Assembly: GCA_963782055.1 (NCBI GenBank)
Contig: CAWAIF010000003.1
Location: 3,072,001 to 3,136,000, forward strand
Reading direction: 5' to 3'
Source of the DNA: an uncultured delta proteobacterium
GTDB taxonomy: Bacteria; Myxococcota_A; Polyangia; Polyangiales; Polyangiaceae
Length of the DNA: 64,000 nucleotides
The translations under genes were made by a program, and so were the position numbers. Positions 30,235-40,913 of this stretch are shown here, piece after piece; within the stretch, counting starts at the first letter, position 1; each line of letters begins with the position of its first letter. The notes under the pieces are model-generated. The model was given only the letters and a program-made list of their open reading frames with translations, had not been told where the DNA came from and did not search any database.

Positions 30235-32934
30235 TCATGGTGTCGCGCCCGTGCCCAGCGAGCGGGAGCCCGATCCCGAGCCTGTTCCGGAGCCTGTCTC
30301 GGCCCCCCCTTCCGGTGCGCCGGCGTCCTTGGGCTTGGGATGGCTGAAGTACCGGACCCGTTGCATCTGCAGCGGCTGCCAAACGCCCGGCCCGACCGGC
30401 GGGGTGTCGAAGAACAGCCGCGCGGCGGGCGTGGAGCCGCGCACCAGCCGAGCCACCAGGCCTTCGGGCGGCACCACCGGGTTGCCTGCGGCGTCCAGCG
30501 TCCCGCCCAGCAGCGCGCGGGCGTCGCCGTCGACCGCCGCGCGCGCGGTGCAGTGCAACGCGTCGAGCAGCGCGCCCATCGCCGCGCGGGTGGAGGCGTC
30601 GGGCGTGGCGTTGGGCGGCAGCTCCACCCAGGCGAGCATGCCGTCCTGGTCGTCGATGCCCACCGCGGCGCGGGGAGGCGGCCCGGCGCCGATCGGCCGT
30701 GTCCGCGCGAGCGCCAGCGCGTGCGGCGAGGGCGGGCCGCCGGCGAGCGCGAAGCGCGACCCGGAGAGCCACACCGCGGGCCCCGGCTGCAGCAGCGCGC
30801 GCGCGCCGGTGAACACCGCGATCGTCGGCGTGGACTCGGTGGTGCCCTCGCTACCCGCCGGCAGCACCGTGCGCGGATCGATGCGCACCACGCGCATCGC
30901 GGCGTCGGCGCGCGCCAGCGACGGTCGTACGGTGGTGATGGCGAGCGCATAGGGGAACCCGTGCTGCGGCAGGCCCTTGGTGCGCCACGCGCCCTCGCCC
31001 GGCTGCGCGGGCGTCACCAGCGGCGTGACGTCGCGGCCCGGCAGCTCCGGGCGGCGCGTGAGGTAGAAGAAGTCGCGCCCGTTCAGGTGCATGTACTCCG
31101 GGAAGTTCTGCTCCGACATCCCGCGGATCATCCGGCGCGCGCGGTAGTGGAAGCCGGGGAGGTGGCTGATGGTGCTCTCGTGCTCCCAGTCGCTCTGCAG
31201 CGGCCGCCCCAGCGGCTTCCACGTGTCCGACGTCTCCACGTCGTAGAACTCGAAGCCGACGAGCCCGGGGTTCATGTCCAGGTGCATGCCGTACTCGCAG
31301 CGCGCCCGGATCATCGCCGCGGCGAGCGCCTGTGCGGAGAGCTCGTTGCCGAAGAAGTACCCGACGAAGTGGTCCTTCGTCATGCAGATGCCGCTGCGCG
31401 TGGTGTGGATGGTGTCCTGCCAGCCGGGCGGCGTGCCTCCCCACCACGTGCGGCGCCACGGGTTGAAGGTGCCGTGCTCCACCAGCGCGGTCAGGTTCTG
31501 CCGGTAGCTCAGGATGTCGGGCGGCACGTCGGTGGTGCCGGGCCACGACCCGAAGGCGGTCGCGCCGTCGCGCAGCTCCATCACCGTGGCGGCGTACGGC
31601 TTGGGGGGCAGGTAGAGCACGCCGTTCGCCTGCATGCCGTACTCGCCGTGCATCGCCTGGAAGCCGCCGTTGAAGCCGCCGACCACCTCGCGCATCACCT
31701 CCGGCTTGCGCGGGATGCACCCGGGGCCCGCCTCGCCCGTCGCGCTGAGCGGCTCCACCGTCCCCGCTTCCATGTGCAGCGCGATCTGCCGCGGGTCCCA
31801 CATGGTGATGTACACGCGCGTCGTCTGCTGATCCCTGTCCGGGCGCAGGAAGGTGGTGACGAAGGCGCCCGGCACGCCCGGCTGCGGGGTGATGAAGGGA
31901 TCGTCGTCCAGGGAGATCCACTTGCCCTCGCCGGCGATCGCCGGGTGGAGCATCGGCGCGATGGGCGCGGGCGGCCAGCCGATGTCGGGGTCGGTGAAGG
32001 TCGGCGTCCCGGCGTGCCCGAGCGTGCCCATCTCCGCCGCCACCTGCGCCGCGCTGTCGCCGGGGCCGAAGACGCGGTTGCGCGCGCGCAGCGCCCACTC
32101 CAGCGCGGTGAAGGCCACGGCCTTGACCACCTGCATGCGCTCCTCGCCCATCCACTCCATGCCGCGCACGCGGTCGACGGACCAGGTGACGAGGTTGCCG
32201 GGCACCGCGCGCTCCCCGGGGGATACGCGCACCCAGCCGGAGCCCTCCACCGCGGCGGGCTTCTCGCCGTCGAGCACGATGCGGCGGCCGTCGGCGGTGA
32301 CGTCGAGCAGGCCGGAGTCCTCGAAGCGCAGCGCCACGTCGGTCGCGACGGGGTCGAGGGAGAAGACGTTGTGCACCACGCCGGCGGTCTGTCCGGTGAG
32401 CTGCAGGTTGGTCAGCGCCGCCTGCCAGCGCTGCACGCGGGTGAAGCCGTCGTAGGCCGACGAGCCCCACCCGCGCAGGTCGACGACGTGCACCGCGGTG
32501 TGGATGTCGCCCGCGCTCGTCGCGTAGGCGATCTCCTCGCCGTGCAGCAGCGGGCGGTCCTCGTCGATGCTGGACGTGCGCGTCAGATCGTAGACGTTGC
32601 CCACCGCGAGCAGCGCGCCCTCCGGGGAGAGGCGCGCGCTCACCAGGTAGATGTCGCTCGGGTCGCTCCCCTTGTGCGCGCGGACCACCGCGCGCGCCCC
32701 GCCCACGAACGCGCCGCGCACGCCGCTCGGCCCGGTCTCCCAGACGACGTCCGCCTCGGTGGTGGACAGGCCGCGCCTCGCCAGCACGTCGACGAGCGCC
32801 GCGGTGCGCGAGCCCGCCGCCTGGTTCACGTCCGACCCGCGCATCCGCGCGATGAGCCACGCGACGAAGATCGCCGCGACGATCGGACGGAAGAGGGGCC
32901 GCTGCAGCCATAGGACGAGAGCGGAGCGGCGCAT
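30235..32934 (-). CDS. Large membrane-anchored protein with phosphodiester-glycosidase (NAGPA/DUF2233)-like domain
   Basis: N-terminal TM; GGFNGGF, RQNL, RSGIC, LDMN motifs; 899-aa ORF with GC-rich third positions. Confidence 0.55.
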   Translation of the reverse strand: MRRSALVLWLQRPLFRPIVAAIFVAWLIARMRGSDVNQAAGSRTAALVDVLARRGLSTTEADVVWETGPSGVRGAFVGGARAVVRAHKGSDPSDIYLVSARLSPEGALLAVGNVYDLTRTSSIDEDRPLLHGEEIAYATSAGDIHTAVHVVDLRGWGSSAYDGFTRVQRWQAALTNLQLTGQTAGVVHNVFSLDPVATDVALRFEDSGLLDVTADGRRIVLDGEKPAAVEGSGWVRVSPGERAVPGNLVTWSVDRVRGMEWMGEERMQVVKAVAFTALEWALRARNRVFGPGDSAAQVAAEMGTLGHAGTPTFTDPDIGWPPAPIAPMLHPAIAGEGKWISLDDDPFITPQPGVPGAFVTTFLRPDRDQQTTRVYITMWDPRQIALHMEAGTVEPLSATGEAGPGCIPRKPEVMREVVGGFNGGFQAMHGEYGMQANGVLYLPPKPYAATVMELRDGATAFGSWPGTTDVPPDILSYRQNLTALVEHGTFNPWRRTWWGGTPPGWQDTIHTTRSGICMTKDHFVGYFFGNELSAQALAAAMIRARCEYGMHLDMNPGLVGFEFYDVETSDTWKPLGRPLQSDWEHESTISHLPGFHYRARRMIRGMSEQNFPEYMHLNGRDFFYLTRRPELPGRDVTPLVTPAQPGEGAWRTKGLPQHGFPYALAITTVRPSLARADAAMRVVRIDPRTVLPAGSEGTTESTPTIAVFTGARALLQPGPAVWLSGSRFALAGGPPSPHALALARTRPIGAGPPPRAAVGIDDQDGMLAWVELPPNATPDASTRAAMGALLDALHCTARAAVDGDARALLGGTLDAAGNPVVPPEGLVARLVRGSTPAARLFFDTPPVGPGVWQPLQMQRVRYFSHPKPKDAGAPEGGAETGSGTGSGSGSRSLGTGATP

Positions 32935-33142
32935 GTCAGTCGGTGGGTTGCCTGGGCACGGTCACGGTCTCCGAGCGGCAAACGCCGCGGCGCGGGCGGG
33001 CATTCTGCGGCGCGAGGCGGCCCTTGGTCCAGGGCGACCACGCCGGTTTCAGCTCCGCCAACTAAGTTGGCAGAATGGAGGCTCCCGGATGGGAAAACAT
33101 GAGCATTTGACCTGGAGCGTTTCGTGCTACATTGTTGTCACC

Positions 33143-33487
33143 ATGTTCCGGAGGGCCCTGTTCGCGCTGCTGCTCGTCGTCGGGGTGACGGCGTGCCTCA
33201 GCCCGACGCTGCCCCTCCCGCCGCCGGAGGCGCCGTCGCAGTCGCTGGGGAACGAGCCGGGGACCGTGCACCTGTCGTCGTTGAACGGCGTGCAGGGCGA
33301 CGCCTTCGTCATCATCGTCAACAGGAGTCTCGCTCCGCCGGGCGACACCGGCGTGGTGACGCAGGCGGACGGCACCGGGTCCTGGCAGGCGGACGTGAAG
33401 GCGGTCAACGGCGACCACCTGAGCATCAGCCAGCAAGTGGGCAACGACGCGAGCGCGTCCAAGGACGTGATCGTCTCGGTCAAGTAG
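33143..33487 (+). CDS. Small hypothetical lipoprotein
   Basis: Lipobox VTAC then LSPTLPLPPP; beta-rich body. Confidence 0.7.
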   Translation: MFRRALFALLLVVGVTACLSPTLPLPPPEAPSQSLGNEPGTVHLSSLNGVQGDAFVIIVNRSLAPPGDTGVVTQADGTGSWQADVKAVNGDHLSISQQVGNDASASKDVIVSVK

Positions 33488-33488
33488 C

Positions 33489-34871
33489 TCAGGTCGAGAG
33501 GATCTTCAGCCCGACGCGCTTGCGCGGCGGCGGCGCGCCGGTCTCGCCGATCACCTCGCCCACCAGATCGTAGTCGCTCGCCTGCGAGACGCGCACGCGC
33601 ACCATCTCCCCGGCGTGGACCTCGCCGCCGGAGAGGTACACCTTGCCGTCGATGTCCGGCGCCTGCCCCATGTGGCGGCCCTCCATCACCAGCTCGTGCT
33701 CCTCGCTCGGGCCCTCCACCAGCACCTCCAGCTCGGTGCCGAGGAGCGTCTGGTTCTTCTTGCGCGCGATGCGCCGCTGCAGGGTCATCAGCTTGCGGTG
33801 GCGGCTCGCGGCGACCTTCGCGCTCACCTTGCCCTCGAGCGCGAAGCTCGCCGAGCTCTCCTCGTCGGAGTAGCGGAAGACGCCCATGCGCTCGAACTCC
33901 GCCCAGCGGACGAAGTCGCACAGCTCCTCGAACTCGTCGTCGGTCTCGCCGGGGTGGCCGACGATGAAGGCGGTGCGGAAGGTGAGGCCGGGGATCTTCT
34001 CCCGCAGGCGCGCGACGACGCGCTTCTGCCGGTCCTTGCCGTGGCCGCGCTTCATGCGCCGGAGCATCGCCTCGGCGGCGTGCTGCAGCGGCATGTCGAC
34101 GTAGCGCGCGACGCGCGGGTGGGAGGCGAGCAGCTCGATGAGCGCCTCGTCGATGGTCTCGGGGTAGAGGTAGAAGAGGCGCACCCAGCGCACGCCGCGC
34201 ACGTCGGCGACGCGGCGCACGACGTCGGCGAGATCGTCGCGCTCCGTCTTCGGGAGATCGCGCCCGTAGGCGACGGTGTCCTGCGAGACCAGGTTGATCT
34301 CCTTGACGCCCTCGGCGACGAGCGTCTCCACCTCCCGCACCACGTCATCGGCCCGGCGGGAGCGCTGCTTGCCGCGGAGCTGCGGGATGACGCAGAAGGA
34401 GCAGGTGCGGTTGCAGCCCTCGGCGATCTTCACGTAAGCGCTGGCGCGCGGCCCGGTGACAACGCGCGGATCGGAGGCGCGCACCACCCACTCCGCCGGG
34501 TTGCCGACGAGCACGCGGTCCGCTTCGCCGCGCAGCACGGTGCCGAGCTTGAGCATGTCGCTCGAGCCCAGGAAGTGATCGACCTCCGGCATCTGCGCGG
34601 CGAGCTCCGTCGGGTAGCGCTGGGAGAGGCAGCCGGCGACGACCAGGCGCTCGCACGCGCCGTGCTCCTTCATCGCGGCGAGCTCGAAGATGGTCTCGAT
34701 GGACTCGCGCTTGGCCTCGCCGATGAAGCCGCACGTGTTGACGACGATGACCTCGGCGTCGGTGGCCTCGTCGGTGGGCTCGTAGCCCGCCTGCCGTGCG
34801 ACGCCGACCATCACCTCGCTGTCGACGCGGTTCTTGGGGCAGCCCAGGCTGACGAAGTGGATCTTGCCCAT
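33489..34871 (-). CDS. rimO: Ribosomal protein S12 methylthiotransferase
   Basis: SLGCPKNRVDSE, NTCGFI, CNRTCSFC radical-SAM motif, APDIDG TRAM domain. Confidence 0.95.
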   Translation of the reverse strand: MGKIHFVSLGCPKNRVDSEVMVGVARQAGYEPTDEATDAEVIVVNTCGFIGEAKRESIETIFELAAMKEHGACERLVVAGCLSQRYPTELAAQMPEVDHFLGSSDMLKLGTVLRGEADRVLVGNPAEWVVRASDPRVVTGPRASAYVKIAEGCNRTCSFCVIPQLRGKQRSRRADDVVREVETLVAEGVKEINLVSQDTVAYGRDLPKTERDDLADVVRRVADVRGVRWVRLFYLYPETIDEALIELLASHPRVARYVDMPLQHAAEAMLRRMKRGHGKDRQKRVVARLREKIPGLTFRTAFIVGHPGETDDEFEELCDFVRWAEFERMGVFRYSDEESSASFALEGKVSAKVAASRHRKLMTLQRRIARKKNQTLLGTELEVLVEGPSEEHELVMEGRHMGQAPDIDGKVYLSGGEVHAGEMVRVRVSQASDYDLVGEVIGETGAPPPRKRVGLKILST

Positions 34872-34873
34872 CG

Positions 34874-36022
34874 TCAGCCGACCATGTCGCGGAAGCGGTT
34901 GAAGAGGTAGAGGGAGTCGTGCGGGCCGGCGGCGGACTCGGGGTGGTACTGCACGCTGAAGGCGCGCAGGTCGGGGGCGCTGAGGCCCTCGCTGGTGCCG
35001 TCGTTGAGGTGGACGTGCGTGGAGCGCACGCCGGCGGGCAGGGTGTCCAGCTCGACGCAGAAGCCGTGGTTCTGGGTGGTGATCTCCACCCGGCCGGTGG
35101 CCAGGTCCTTCACCGGCTGGTTGGCCCCGCGGTGGCCGAACTTGAGCTTGTAGGTCTTCGCCCCGAGGGCGATGGCGAGGAGCTGGTGGCCGAGGCAGAT
35201 GCCGAACAGCGGCTTGTTGCCGAGGAGGGCCTTGATGGTCTCCACGCCGTAGGTGACCGCCGCGGGATCGCCCGGGCCGTTGGAGAGGAAGACGCCGTCG
35301 GGCGACAGCGCGAGGATGTCCTTGGCGCTGGTGGTGGCGGGCACCGCGGTGACGCGGAAGCCCGCGTCGACCAGGCAGCGCAGGATGTTGCGCTTCATGC
35401 CGAAGTCGACGCACACCACGTGCGGGCGGGAATCGCTTGCAGTCTGCAAGCTCTCCGCGCCGGCGCCGGGGGTCCAGTCGCCGCGGCCCTCGGTCCACGC
35501 GTAGGGCTCCTTCGGCGTGACGCGCTTCACCAGGTCGAGGCCCAGCATGGCGGGAGCCTCCCGGGCGAGGCGCAGCAGCTCGTCCTTGCCGGCGGTGCCG
35601 ATGGCGCCGTTCTGCGCGCCGTGATCGCGCAGGTGCCGGGTGAGCTTGCGGGTGTCCACCTCGGTGATGCCGACGACGCCGTGACGCTCCAGGTAGCGGT
35701 CGAGCGGCTCCTCCGCGCGCCAGCTGGAGGAGATGGGGCTGAGATCGCGGACGACGAAGCCGGCCAGGCGGGGCCCGGGATCGCCCCCGGCGGGGTCGAC
35801 CGCCTCGGTGTCGCCGGGGTTGACGCCCACGTTGCCGATCTCCGGGGCGGTCATGGTGACGAGCTGGCCGTAGTACGAGGGATCGGTGAGGACCTCCTGG
35901 TAGCCAGTCAGGGTGGTGGTGAAGACCGCCTCGCCCGTCGTCGTGCCCGCGGCGCCGAAGGCGCGCCCGGGGAAGACGGTGCCGTCGGCCAGGACCAGGA
36001 GGGCGTCGGCGCCGGAGGACAT
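34874..36022 (-). CDS. carA: Carbamoyl-phosphate synthase small subunit
   Basis: GYQEVLTDPSY, LSNGPGDP, GICLGHQ, QNHGF, QYHPE. Confidence 0.97.
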   Translation of the reverse strand: MSSGADALLVLADGTVFPGRAFGAAGTTTGEAVFTTTLTGYQEVLTDPSYYGQLVTMTAPEIGNVGVNPGDTEAVDPAGGDPGPRLAGFVVRDLSPISSSWRAEEPLDRYLERHGVVGITEVDTRKLTRHLRDHGAQNGAIGTAGKDELLRLAREAPAMLGLDLVKRVTPKEPYAWTEGRGDWTPGAGAESLQTASDSRPHVVCVDFGMKRNILRCLVDAGFRVTAVPATTSAKDILALSPDGVFLSNGPGDPAAVTYGVETIKALLGNKPLFGICLGHQLLAIALGAKTYKLKFGHRGANQPVKDLATGRVEITTQNHGFCVELDTLPAGVRSTHVHLNDGTSEGLSAPDLRAFSVQYHPESAAGPHDSLYLFNRFRDMVG

Positions 36023-36206
36023 GGCGGTGAGTTAGCACAGCCCGGGCCCTCCCGGCATGACCCAGGCGGCCCGGATCGCCCGATCGCGAGCATGCTCGCA
36101 GTCGGACGATGTCCGGCGGGGGCCGGGCGGGCCGTCGGAGGGGTGCGCCCTCATGAGCCAGCTTGACCTTTCCCCGGAGGCTAAGTAACCAGGCGTTCCC
36201 ACACTC

Positions 36207-36290
36207 GCGAAGGTGGCGGAATTGGCAGACGCACCAGATTCAGGTTCTGGCGAGGTCACTCTCGTGCGGGTTCAAGTCCCGCCCTTCGCA
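36207..36290 (+). tRNA. tRNA-Leu(CAG)
   Basis: Acceptor GCGAAGG/CCTTCGC, D-loop GG, anticodon arm CCAGA-TTCAGGT-TCTGG, long variable arm, GTTCAAGTC T-loop; followed by CCG so CCA is not fully encoded. Confidence 0.95.
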
Positions 36291-36301
36291 CCGACTGTCT
36301 C

Positions 36302-36324
36302 GGGGGCGGCGCGCGTCGCCCCCC
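36302..36324 (+). terminator. GC hairpin downstream of tRNA
   Basis: GGGGGCGGC...GTCGCCCCC inverted repeat; no clear U-tract. Confidence 0.45.
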
Positions 36325-36425
36325 CTCCGCACGAGTGATTCGCGCGGAGCCTCCCCCCACGCGGGCGCGACTTCGTCGCGCGACGTGCCATCATCGGGCG
36401 TCTCTTCCCTCTCGGGGCGGCACCC

Positions 36426-38219
36426 ATGGGTCTCCGGCTCAAGCTCTTCCTGCTCTCGGTGGCGCTGATCGTCGCGTCGGTCGCCGTGGCGGACGTCTAC
36501 CTGCTCGGGGCGGTCGCGGCCGGCCGCCCCCAGCGTGTGCGGAGCGAGCTGGACGCGCGCGCGTCCCTCGTCGCGGCGCACGCCGCCGCGTCGCCGGCCG
36601 CCGCGGACGATCGCCGCGCCTGGGACGCGTTCGCCCGTCAGGAGGCGCGTCTCGCGGCGGGGCGAGTCACGGTGTTCGCGCCGGACGGGGACGTGGCGGG
36701 GGACTCCGAGACGCACGCGTGGGTGGCGGGCAGCGAGCCGGAGGTGAGCGCGGCGCTCGCGGGCCGTCGCGGGTGGAGCGAGCGCGCGGACGGGCCTTCC
36801 GGCGCGACCGTGAGCTACGTCGCGGCGCCCTTCCACCGGCAGGGCGCGGTGGCCGGCGCGGTGCGCGTGGGTCTGCCGGCGGACGCGGAGGGGACGACCG
36901 CGGCGCTGCGGCGGCTGGTCCTGTTCGCGTCGGCCGCGGTGGTGCTGCTCGGCCTCGTGTTCTCCGGCGTCGCCTCCGACCGCATCTCCGCCTCGGTGCG
37001 ACGGCTGACGGCGGCGGCGCGGGAGATGCGCGCGGGGCAGCTCGACGTGCACACGGGCATGTCCGGTGGCGACGACGTCGCCGAGCTGGGGCTCGCGCTC
37101 GACCGCCTCTCCGGCAGCCTCTCGGCGACGATGAACGAGCTGCGCGCGGAGCGCGGCCTGCACGCGCGGATCCTGGAGGGCATGCAGGACGGCGTGCTCG
37201 TCGTCGACGCCACCGGTCGCCTGGAGCTGGTCAACGCGGCGCTGCGCGGGATGCTGCTGGTCGGCGCCGACGCCGTGGGCAAGCTGGTGATCGAGGTGGT
37301 CCGCCACGCGGGGTTGCAGGACCTGCTGGAGCGTGCGCGAACGACGGGGGAGGTGGCGCGGGGCGAGATCGACCTGCCCGGCATCAAGCCGCGGCGGCTG
37401 CTCGTGCACATAGCCCCGCTCTCCGGCGCGGAGGAAGGACTGCTCGCGGTCTTCGTGGACGTGACCGACCTTCGCCGCCTGGAGACGCTGCGCCGCGACT
37501 TCGTCGCCAACGTCTCGCACGAGCTGAGCACGCCGGCCATCGCGGTGCGCGACGCGGTGACGACGCTGCGGCAGGCGATGCCGGTGGACCGGCGGGCGGC
37601 GATGACGCAGGTCGAGATCATCGAGCGCCACGCCGAGCGGCTCAAGGATCTCATCGAGGACCTCCTGGACCTCTCCCGCTTCGAGTCGAAGGAGTTCCGC
37701 CTCAAGCGTGAGCCGGTCGACCTGGACGCGGTGGTGCACATCGTCGCCAGTCGCTTCCACGGCCGGGCGGCGGCGAAGGGCGTGACGCTCTCGGCCAGGG
37801 TGGAGGAGGGGTTGCCGCGACTGGAGAGCGACCAGCGCGCGGTCGAGCAGGTCCTGAGCAACCTGGTGGACAACGCGGTCAAGTACTGCCCGGCGGGTGC
37901 GTCGGTGTCGGTGACCATCGCCTCCGAGGACCAGCGCGTGCGAATGAGCGTCTCCGACACGGGGCCGGGCATCGCGCCGCAGCACCTCCCCCGCCTCTTC
38001 GAGCGGTTCTATCGCGTCGACCCTGACCGTTCGCGCGCGCTCGGCGGCACCGGCCTGGGCCTCTCCATCGTCAAGCACCTGGTGGAGGCGATGGGCGGAA
38101 CCGTCTCGGTGGAGAGCGACGTCGGCAGGGGGACCACCTTCGTCATCGTCCTCTCCGGCACCCGCCGGGTGCCTGGCCCCGGGCCGTCCGAACCCTCCGT
38201 GGGCGCGATTTCCCCCTGA
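36426..38219 (+). CDS. phoR: Sensor histidine kinase, PhoR-like (2 TM, HAMP, PAS, HisKA, HATPase)
   Basis: [41 protein letters not shown]; upstream of pst genes. Confidence 0.82.
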   Translation: MGLRLKLFLLSVALIVASVAVADVYLLGAVAAGRPQRVRSELDARASLVAAHAAASPAAADDRRAWDAFARQEARLAAGRVTVFAPDGDVAGDSETHAWVAGSEPEVSAALAGRRGWSERADGPSGATVSYVAAPFHRQGAVAGAVRVGLPADAEGTTAALRRLVLFASAAVVLLGLVFSGVASDRISASVRRLTAAAREMRAGQLDVHTGMSGGDDVAELGLALDRLSGSLSATMNELRAERGLHARILEGMQDGVLVVDATGRLELVNAALRGMLLVGADAVGKLVIEVVRHAGLQDLLERARTTGEVARGEIDLPGIKPRRLLVHIAPLSGAEEGLLAVFVDVTDLRRLETLRRDFVANVSHELSTPAIAVRDAVTTLRQAMPVDRRAAMTQVEIIERHAERLKDLIEDLLDLSRFESKEFRLKREPVDLDAVVHIVASRFHGRAAAKGVTLSARVEEGLPRLESDQRAVEQVLSNLVDNAVKYCPAGASVSVTIASEDQRVRMSVSDTGPGIAPQHLPRLFERFYRVDPDRSRALGGTGLGLSIVKHLVEAMGGTVSVESDVGRGTTFVIVLSGTRRVPGPGPSEPSVGAISP

Positions 38220-38242
38220 AATTCCCGGGCAAGCGCCCCTAC

Positions 38243-38275
38243 GTCACACGATCGTCACAGAGCCTTCACGTTCAG
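38243..38275 (+). promoter_or_regulatory. Pho-box-like 11-bp direct repeats upstream of pstB
   Basis: GTCAC at 38243, GTCAC at 38254, TTCAC at 38265. Confidence 0.75.
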
Positions 38276-38302
38276 CTCGCATCCGAATCCCAAAGTGCCG
38301 CC

Positions 38303-39097
38303 GTGAACCAGCCCGCGGAGCCGTCTTCCCCGAGCGTCGCGCCGGCCGTGAAGATGCGGACGAAGGACCTCACCGTCCGCTACGGCCAGAAGGTCGCTGT
38401 GAAGGACGTGTCGCTCGACGTCCGCACCAACGAGGTGCTGGCGCTCATCGGGCCGAGCGGCTGCGGCAAGAGCACCTTCCTGCGGTCCCTCAACCGGATG
38501 AACGACACCATCGCCAGCGTCCACGTCACCGGCCAGGTGGAGCTGGACGGCGAGCTCATCTATGGTCCCAACGTCGACCCGGTCCTCGTCCGGCGTCGGG
38601 TGGGGATGGTCTTCCAGCGCTCCAACCCCTTCCCCAAGTCCATCTTCGAGAACGTGGCGTACGGCCTGCGGGTGGCCGGCGTCCACGCCCGCGCCAACCT
38701 CGCCGAGCGCGTCGAGCGCGCCCTGCGCCACGCCGCCCTCTGGGACGAGGTGAAGGATCGCCTCCACGAGTCGGGCACCGGTCTCTCCGGCGGGCAGCAG
38801 CAGCGCCTGTGCATCGCCCGCGCGCTCGCGGTGGAGCCGGAGGTGCTGCTCATGGACGAGCCGGCGAGCGCGCTCGACCCCATCGCCACCGCGAAGGTGG
38901 AGGACCTGGTGTCGGAGCTGCGCGAGACGCTGACGATCGTCATCGTCACCCACAACATGCAGCAGGCGGCGCGCGTGTCGCAGCGCACCGGCTTCTTCTA
39001 CCTGGGGCGGCTGGTGGAGGTGGGAGACACCACCGACATCTTCACCCGCCCGCACGAGCGCGAGACCGAGGATTACATCACAGGACGATTCGGATGA
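38303..39097 (+). CDS. pstB: Phosphate ABC transporter ATP-binding protein
   Basis: [40 protein letters not shown]. Confidence 0.97.
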   Translation: MNQPAEPSSPSVAPAVKMRTKDLTVRYGQKVAVKDVSLDVRTNEVLALIGPSGCGKSTFLRSLNRMNDTIASVHVTGQVELDGELIYGPNVDPVLVRRRVGMVFQRSNPFPKSIFENVAYGLRVAGVHARANLAERVERALRHAALWDEVKDRLHESGTGLSGGQQQRLCIARALAVEPEVLLMDEPASALDPIATAKVEDLVSELRETLTIVIVTHNMQQAARVSQRTGFFYLGRLVEVGDTTDIFTRPHERETEDYITGRFG

Positions 39098-39807
39098 GGG
39101 GTGACGACGTGCCGCAAGCGCATACCAGCCGAGATTTCGAGTCGGAGCTCCGGGAGCTCCGCGCCCATTCCCTCGCCATGGGCGCCCGCTGCGAGCGCGC
39201 GCTGCAGGTCGCCCTGCAGGCGTTCTGGGAGGGATCGGCGCAGGTCGCCGCGGAGGTGGAGGAGATCGATCGACACATCGACCGCGACGAGATGGACATC
39301 GACGCGCTGGTGCTGCGGATCCTGGCGCTGCGGCAGCCCGTCGCCTACGACCTGCGCTTCCTCGCCGGCGCGCTGCGCCTCGTGACCGACCTGGAGCGCG
39401 TGGGCGACGAGGCGGTCAACATCGCCGAGCGCGCCAAGGAGGAGCACGGCACCGCCAAGGACCAGGTGAAGGAGGAGCTCAAGGCGATGGGGGAGCAGTC
39501 GCAGGAGATGCTCCGCGACGCGCTCGACGCCTTCGTCCAGGGCGAGCCCTCGCGCGCCGAGCAGGTGCTCGCGCGCGACGACGCGGTGGACGCGCTCTAC
39601 GGCAAGATCATCCGCGCCATGACCGCCTTCATGCAGCAGCACCCGCCGCAGGTGGCCGAGGCCATCCGCGTCATCCACGTCTCGAAGTACCTCGAGCGGG
39701 TGGCGGACCACGCCACCAACATCGCCGAGGAGGTCATCTTCATGGTCCGCGGCGAGGATGTCCGGCACGTCCGGACGCACCCGCCGCCGCTCGTGGGTGA
39801 CCGCTAG
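39094..39807 (+). CDS. phoU: Phosphate signalling complex protein PhoU (copy 1)
   Basis: [35 protein letters not shown]. Confidence 0.95.
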   Translation: MRGDDVPQAHTSRDFESELRELRAHSLAMGARCERALQVALQAFWEGSAQVAAEVEEIDRHIDRDEMDIDALVLRILALRQPVAYDLRFLAGALRLVTDLERVGDEAVNIAERAKEEHGTAKDQVKEELKAMGEQSQEMLRDALDAFVQGEPSRAEQVLARDDAVDALYGKIIRAMTAFMQQHPPQVAEAIRVIHVSKYLERVADHATNIAEEVIFMVRGEDVRHVRTHPPPLVGDR

Positions 39808-39832
39808 GCCGACACAGCACGAAAGGACTCTC

Positions 39833-40909
39833 ATGATCCGTCTTCGCATCGCCGTCGCCGCCTGCGCCGCCCTGGTGGCTCTGTCCGCCGCCTCCTGCAA
39901 GAAGTCCACGCCGACATCCGGGGGCGGCGACAAGTCGGGCTCGTCCACGGTCGCGCTCAACGGCGCCGGCTCCACCTTCGTCTACCCGGTGATGTCGCGG
40001 TGGTCGAGCGAGTACCAGAAGGTCGCGCCCAACGTGCAGGTCAACTACCAGTCCATCGGGTCCGGGGGCGGCATCCGGCAGCTCATCGCGCACACCGTGC
40101 AGTTCGGCTGCACCGACGGCCCGATGACCGACAGCCAGCTGAAGGAGGCCAAGTCGCCGGTCATCCACGTGCCGCTGGTGATGGGCGCGGTGGTGCCCAC
40201 GTACAACCTGCCCGCGCTCGCGCACGCCATCAAGTTCACGCCGGAGGTGCTCGCCGGGATCTACCTCGGCGAGATCAAGACCTGGAACGACCCCAAGCTC
40301 ACCGCCGACAACGCCGACCTGAAGCTCCCGGCGACGTCCATCGTCGTGGTGCATCGCTCCGACGGCAGCGGCACCACCTACGTGTGGACCGACTACCTGT
40401 CCAAGGTCTCGCCCGACTGGAAGAGCAAGGTGGGCTTCGCCACGTCGGTCAAGTGGCCGACCGGCCTCGGGGGCCGCGGCAACGAGGGCGTCTCGGGCAC
40501 GGTGCGCCAGACGCCCGGGGCCATCGGCTACGTGGAGCTCACCTACGCGATCCAGAACAAGATGCCCTTCGGCCAGGTGAAGAACGCCGCGGGCCAGTTC
40601 GCCACCGCGAGCGTCGACGCCGTCACCGCGGCCGCCGCGGGCGCCGTCGCCACCCTGCCGGAGGACCTGCGCTACTCCATCACCAACGCCCCGGGCGACA
40701 AGGCGTGGCCCATCAGCGGCACCACCTGGGCCGTGCTCTACAAGGACATGCCCGCCGGGCCGGAGCGCACCGCGGTGGTGTCGTATCTCCGCTGGGCCAT
40801 CCACGACGGGCAGAAGTTCTGCGGGCCTCTGGACTACGCGCAGCTCCCCCCGGAGCTGGTGAAGCGCGCGGAGGCGAAGCTCGATCAGGTGGAGCCGGCG
40901 AAGAAGTAG
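39833..40909 (+). CDS. pstS: Phosphate ABC transporter substrate-binding lipoprotein
   Basis: GAGSTF, YQSIGSGGG, RSDGSGTT, IGYVE; AAAGGA RBS. Confidence 0.96.
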   Translation: MIRLRIAVAACAALVALSAASCKKSTPTSGGGDKSGSSTVALNGAGSTFVYPVMSRWSSEYQKVAPNVQVNYQSIGSGGGIRQLIAHTVQFGCTDGPMTDSQLKEAKSPVIHVPLVMGAVVPTYNLPALAHAIKFTPEVLAGIYLGEIKTWNDPKLTADNADLKLPATSIVVVHRSDGSGTTYVWTDYLSKVSPDWKSKVGFATSVKWPTGLGGRGNEGVSGTVRQTPGAIGYVELTYAIQNKMPFGQVKNAAGQFATASVDAVTAAAAGAVATLPEDLRYSITNAPGDKAWPISGTTWAVLYKDMPAGPERTAVVSYLRWAIHDGQKFCGPLDYAQLPPELVKRAEAKLDQVEPAKK

Positions 40910-40913
40910 GACG

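Noticed and set aside
30081..30950. N-terminal extension of the kinase ORF to 1359 aa
   Set aside because: Overlaps the 899-aa gene out of frame; GGAGG plus GTG at 30080 marks the likely start
33068..33083. TGGCAGAATGGAGGCT as a sigma54 promoter
   Set aside because: -12 element lacks TGC; GG-N10-GC is common by chance at this GC content
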